NCBI RefSeq assembly: GCF_009914755.1
Contig: NC_060937.1
Reading direction: 5' to 3' (one strand)
Origin: the human T2T-CHM13v2.0 reference genome, Homo sapiens
DNA length: 64,000 nucleotides
Shown: positions 59,593 to 64,000 of the stretch, piece by piece
Layout: every line of letters starts with the position of its first letter
Position numbering within the stretch: position 1 is the stretch's first letter
Notes under the pieces: generated by a model
Databases searched by the model: none
Seen by the model: only the letters and a program-made list of their open reading frames with translations
What the model was told of the DNA's origin: nothing
Made by a program: the position numbers and the translations under genes

Positions 59593-59925
59593 CTAAAGAA
59601 AGAAAGGAAAGAAATCAAATATTCAAAATTGGTTTTTTAGAAAACAAAGACACTAAAATCTACTCTTTCTGAGTGGGTCATTTGTTCATACCTGTCTAGA
59701 GTTCATGGTTTTGGAACCCCCCCCCCCCTCAATTGCTGTCAGATTTCCTCTGTTCTAAAGCTGCACACGGCCTCCCTCTTAACAGCTTGGTGTCATTGGG
59801 CAGAAAGACAGTGGCTGGGGGAGGGTATGAAATGTATGATAAGATAACGCAAATCCATAATCCAGGTGGAAAGTAACTCCAAGACTTGGGTGCAGCCCTC
59901 TCCTATTCTTGGGTCAAACAGCTTC

Positions 59926-60080
59926 TGTGGTAGGCTGAGAAATGCCTCCTACCCTCCAAAATATTCAAATTTTTCATATTTTATATCCCTTCTGGCCTCC
60001 AGAACTGCAAGAGAATAAATTTCTCTTGTAAGTTGCCAAGTTAGTGGTAACTTGTTACAACAGTCTCAAAAAACAATAAA
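59926..60080 (+). mobile_element. MLT1-type LTR fragment (internally deleted)
   Basis: tgtggtaggctgagaatg...ttctggcctccagaactgcaagagaataaatttc...gtggtaacttgttaca. Confidence 0.7.
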
Positions 60081-60734
60081 GCTCCACACACACAAGTGAG
60101 TGCCTCTCTGCCTGTCGTGCCTGTGTTCTAGAAGAGGAAACGTTTTAGTCACGGTGCTGCTTATCACCAGCAAGGCTCAAGGGTGGAGAAACTTGCTTCT
60201 GGGTCCTCTGTGTTACATCCAGACTAGGACAGACACCTGAGGAAGAAGCGCTGCTCTTGCCCTTTAATATTCGTTCAAATTTTTTATTTTCAAAGGATCT
60301 GGGATGAGGCAGGGAACCCGTGAAGCTTGTTTTAGACCGGTCTGGACTAACGTGTCCATGTTCTATATTTTCAGTCTCAGAGTAGAGGATACAATTTATG
60401 GTCTTCTTTAACAAATATCTAGATAAAATTAGTCACCACCCATTTTCTGAAGTGTTCCAAAGTAGGAAACAAAAGAGCAAGTATCCTACCTTCCCCTTTG
60501 ATCCATTCATTCCTCATTGGTGCCTCTGATCTACTGTAACTCAATTCTAATACCACTGTGCTCATGTGAAAAGGAAACACACACGCAGATGTTTGCCTGG
60601 AAATGCCCCTGTCTTTCCCATTTACTTGTGGCCGATGAGTTGTGCTAACTACATCACTTGGAGGCACTTGTTGCCATCCTTTGATTTAGATCAGGGTTCA
60701 AAAACTATAACCCATATCTGCCCACCTGTCTGGT

Positions 60735-61810
<1,076 letters not shown>

Positions 61811-61896
61811 ACCTGTTTCTGTAAATACAGTGTGTGGGAACAGAGCCATGCCTACTTGATGATGTATTGTCTACGGTTGCTTTTTATACTATAATG

Positions 61897-62114
61897 CAAG
61901 CTTGCCCAACTTGTGGCCCACGGGCTACATGAATCCCAGGATGGCTTTGAGTGCAGCCCAACACAAACTCGTAAACTTTCTTAAAACATTCTGAGATTTT
62001 TTTGCAACTTTTTTAGCTTACCAGCGATTGTCAGTGTCCGTGTATTTCATGTGTGACCCAAGATAATTATTCTTCCATTGTGGCCCAGGGAAGTCAAAAG
62101 ATTGGACACCCCTG
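61897..62114 (-). mobile_element. MER30-like hAT element
   Basis: The reverse complement begins caggggtgtccaatcttttgacttccctgggccacaatggaagaa. Confidence 0.8.
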
Positions 62115-62902
62115 CTAATGGCAGTAGGGAGCATTTGCTGACTATCTAGCCCTTTAAAAAAATGGCTGCCTACCCCGGATTTAGGTGAAAGAGGAAAAGG
62201 TTCTGCCTTCGGGTGAGACAGGGACAGGCATTTGAATGAGGAAAGGAAGGAACATCCGACAGGTGCAGCTTTTCCCAGTCCAGCACCATTGCAAGGTAGA
62301 GACTCGCACAGAGAAGCTGCAGCGGCATTCGGTGGTGCATAAGGCAAGGACTCCCCAGTGGTGGCCACGGCGTGGAGGGAGGAGCTGGTGGACTACAAGC
62401 CAGGGCTTTGTGGAGAAATTGTCAAGTGAGAAAAGGGTGCCAGGATGAAATGGGAAAGTCATTCATCTGTAGGGGCTGAGCTCTCAGGGTACAGGTCTTA
62501 GCCCCGGAAAACAGTACTGTGTCTCCTCGTGTATGAACCCTGCCGGCATAGGGAGTGACAGCGGGGGCATCCTCTCCCACCGCCGGGAGCGTGTCTCTGT
62601 CTGCACCACGCATAGGTGGGCACATCAGGCTTCTTTCACCTGAGGCACTGTGCTGGCCACATCTGGACTGCCTGTCTTTGCAAGATTTTCTGCATGTTTT
62701 CCCCAGAGCTTGCTGCTCATATGTCCCGTTTGATGTTCCCCTTTTTTTGCCCTCTGGGGGGAAATGGTTTTCTGCAACTCCCGGATACCACAGTTCAGGA
62801 GGGCAAGTAGTCCTCAAACATCCCTCATTATACCACCTTCCCCCAGCATCTCCCCTCGTACCCCTCCATCAACTGATCACAGAAAAGATACCCAATTCTT
62901 AC

Positions 62903-62997
62903 TCAATCTTGAGCGAGGCCTTGGGTTTGCTGTCAGTCCAGGTGAAGCGCTTCAGCATGGGAGAGGCCAACAGAGTGCTGCTGTCGCCCTGGTAGTC
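62903..62997 (-). CDS. FLT1: FLT1 penultimate exon (29): DYQGDSSTLLASPMLKRFTWTDSKPKASLKI(D); includes Y1242
   Basis: Minus-strand acceptor tctccccctag|GAC, donor GA|gtaaga; 95 nt; its phase joins exon 30. Confidence 0.96.
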
Positions 62998-64000
62998 CTA
63001 GGGGGAGAAGGAGAAAGGTTATACTCTTGCCTGGCCCAGCGGGGGTCCATGCTGAGCCTGAGGGATGATCCTGGGATACATCTGTTGATCCAGGCTCTGC
63101 CTCACCCTCCACAATCCCAGCCTATTGAGACAAAGCATTTCTCTAAGTTGGCCACTACAAACTTGACCCGCTGCAAATCATGTCTGATCCCCAGTGACTT
63201 TGAGGCCCTTCCTGAACATGAAGTAAATACATTTAGGCAAAAGGGAAAATGGCAAGTAACAGGTTAGCATTTTCCATAGTAAACTGTGATGCAATTTATT
63301 GCAACAAAGATACTAAAACTAATTTGGCAGATCACGATTGACTATGAGTATGCTATGGTAGTGGTGGCCATCATAGACACAAATTCTAAGAAATCGTAAA
63401 GACATCATTCGATTTTTTTTCTGGAACTCAATGGAATTCTCAGCCCCCAGCCCTTGGTCATGGTCTCCAGCAATTAGACTTCCTTGTTGGTTTCTTTTGG
63501 CAGTGAGTTGCCTGCAGACTCTTCACTACTTTGTTAATACGGCATGTTCCAGTAAGTGGATCCCACGCTTTGTTCCTGCCACCCTTTAAGGCTCTTACAG
63601 GGCAGTGTTCCTGTCCTTAATTACGAGTAAACACCTAAGCAAATAAAGAAGCTGTCATCATTCACCACTGATTTAGGGTGGGGAGGGTGAAGGTTGAGAA
63701 TTCTTTCACGTTTTGCTCAGTATTTTTCCCTTGGCCTTGAAAAAAATGTGCCAAGCAGTCAAACAAGATATCCATATACTTCACCTTTATATTCTTCAGC
63801 TTATTTTTGATGCTTAAAATATTTAAAATAATATTTCCCTTTATCTGGTGTGTCTGACAAGGTTGTGGTTTTTCGTTTTTGATTTTTTTTTTTTTTAAGG
63901 GTGACTGTGCTTGCTTCAAGGCCACACTGATTGTGGTGATCACCTTCACACTGTCATTGGCCTTCCAGGCCCTTTATGGGACAAGGTCATTGCCAGCACT

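Noticed and set aside
62018-63267. Several overlapping 100-167 aa ORFs around FLT1 exon 29
   Set aside because: Expected in locally GC-richer DNA and antisense to a coding exon; no recognisable domain or splice structure.

Overview
This is mammalian genomic DNA. The Alu content and the recognisable proteins point to human, at the PAN3/FLT1 junction (chr13q12). The + strand carries the last 13 coding exons of PAN3, the pseudokinase adaptor of the PAN2-PAN3 deadenylase: 1664 coding nt in a continuous frame across GT-AG introns, stop at 48756-48758, and a ~2.8 kb 3'UTR with a distal AATAAA at 51547. A ~5 kb L2/MLT/Alu-rich spacer follows. The - strand then carries the last two exons of FLT1 (VEGFR1; C-terminus ...DYNSVVLYSTPPI*) and its ~2.8 kb 3'UTR, with AATAAA at 56590-56595. 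The rest is intron full of Alu, L1, L2, MIR, MER DNA-transposon and MaLR LTR relics; repeat boundaries and subfamilies are judged by eye. No prokaryotic system, CRISPR array or RNA gene is supportable. The best candidate for something undescribed is an alternative PAN3 terminal exon. It would use a 5' splice site hidden in the last codons (48748) and an acceptor/poly(A) unit at 56428-56507, whose AATAAA faces the FLT1 AATAAA only ~90 nt away. Other points of interest are an Alu TSD that duplicated a splice donor, a perfect 20-bp hairpin next to an in-frame intronic extension of an exon, a template-switch micro-triplication, an ETS-CRE composite motif, and three miR-130/301 sites on the PAN3 mRNA.
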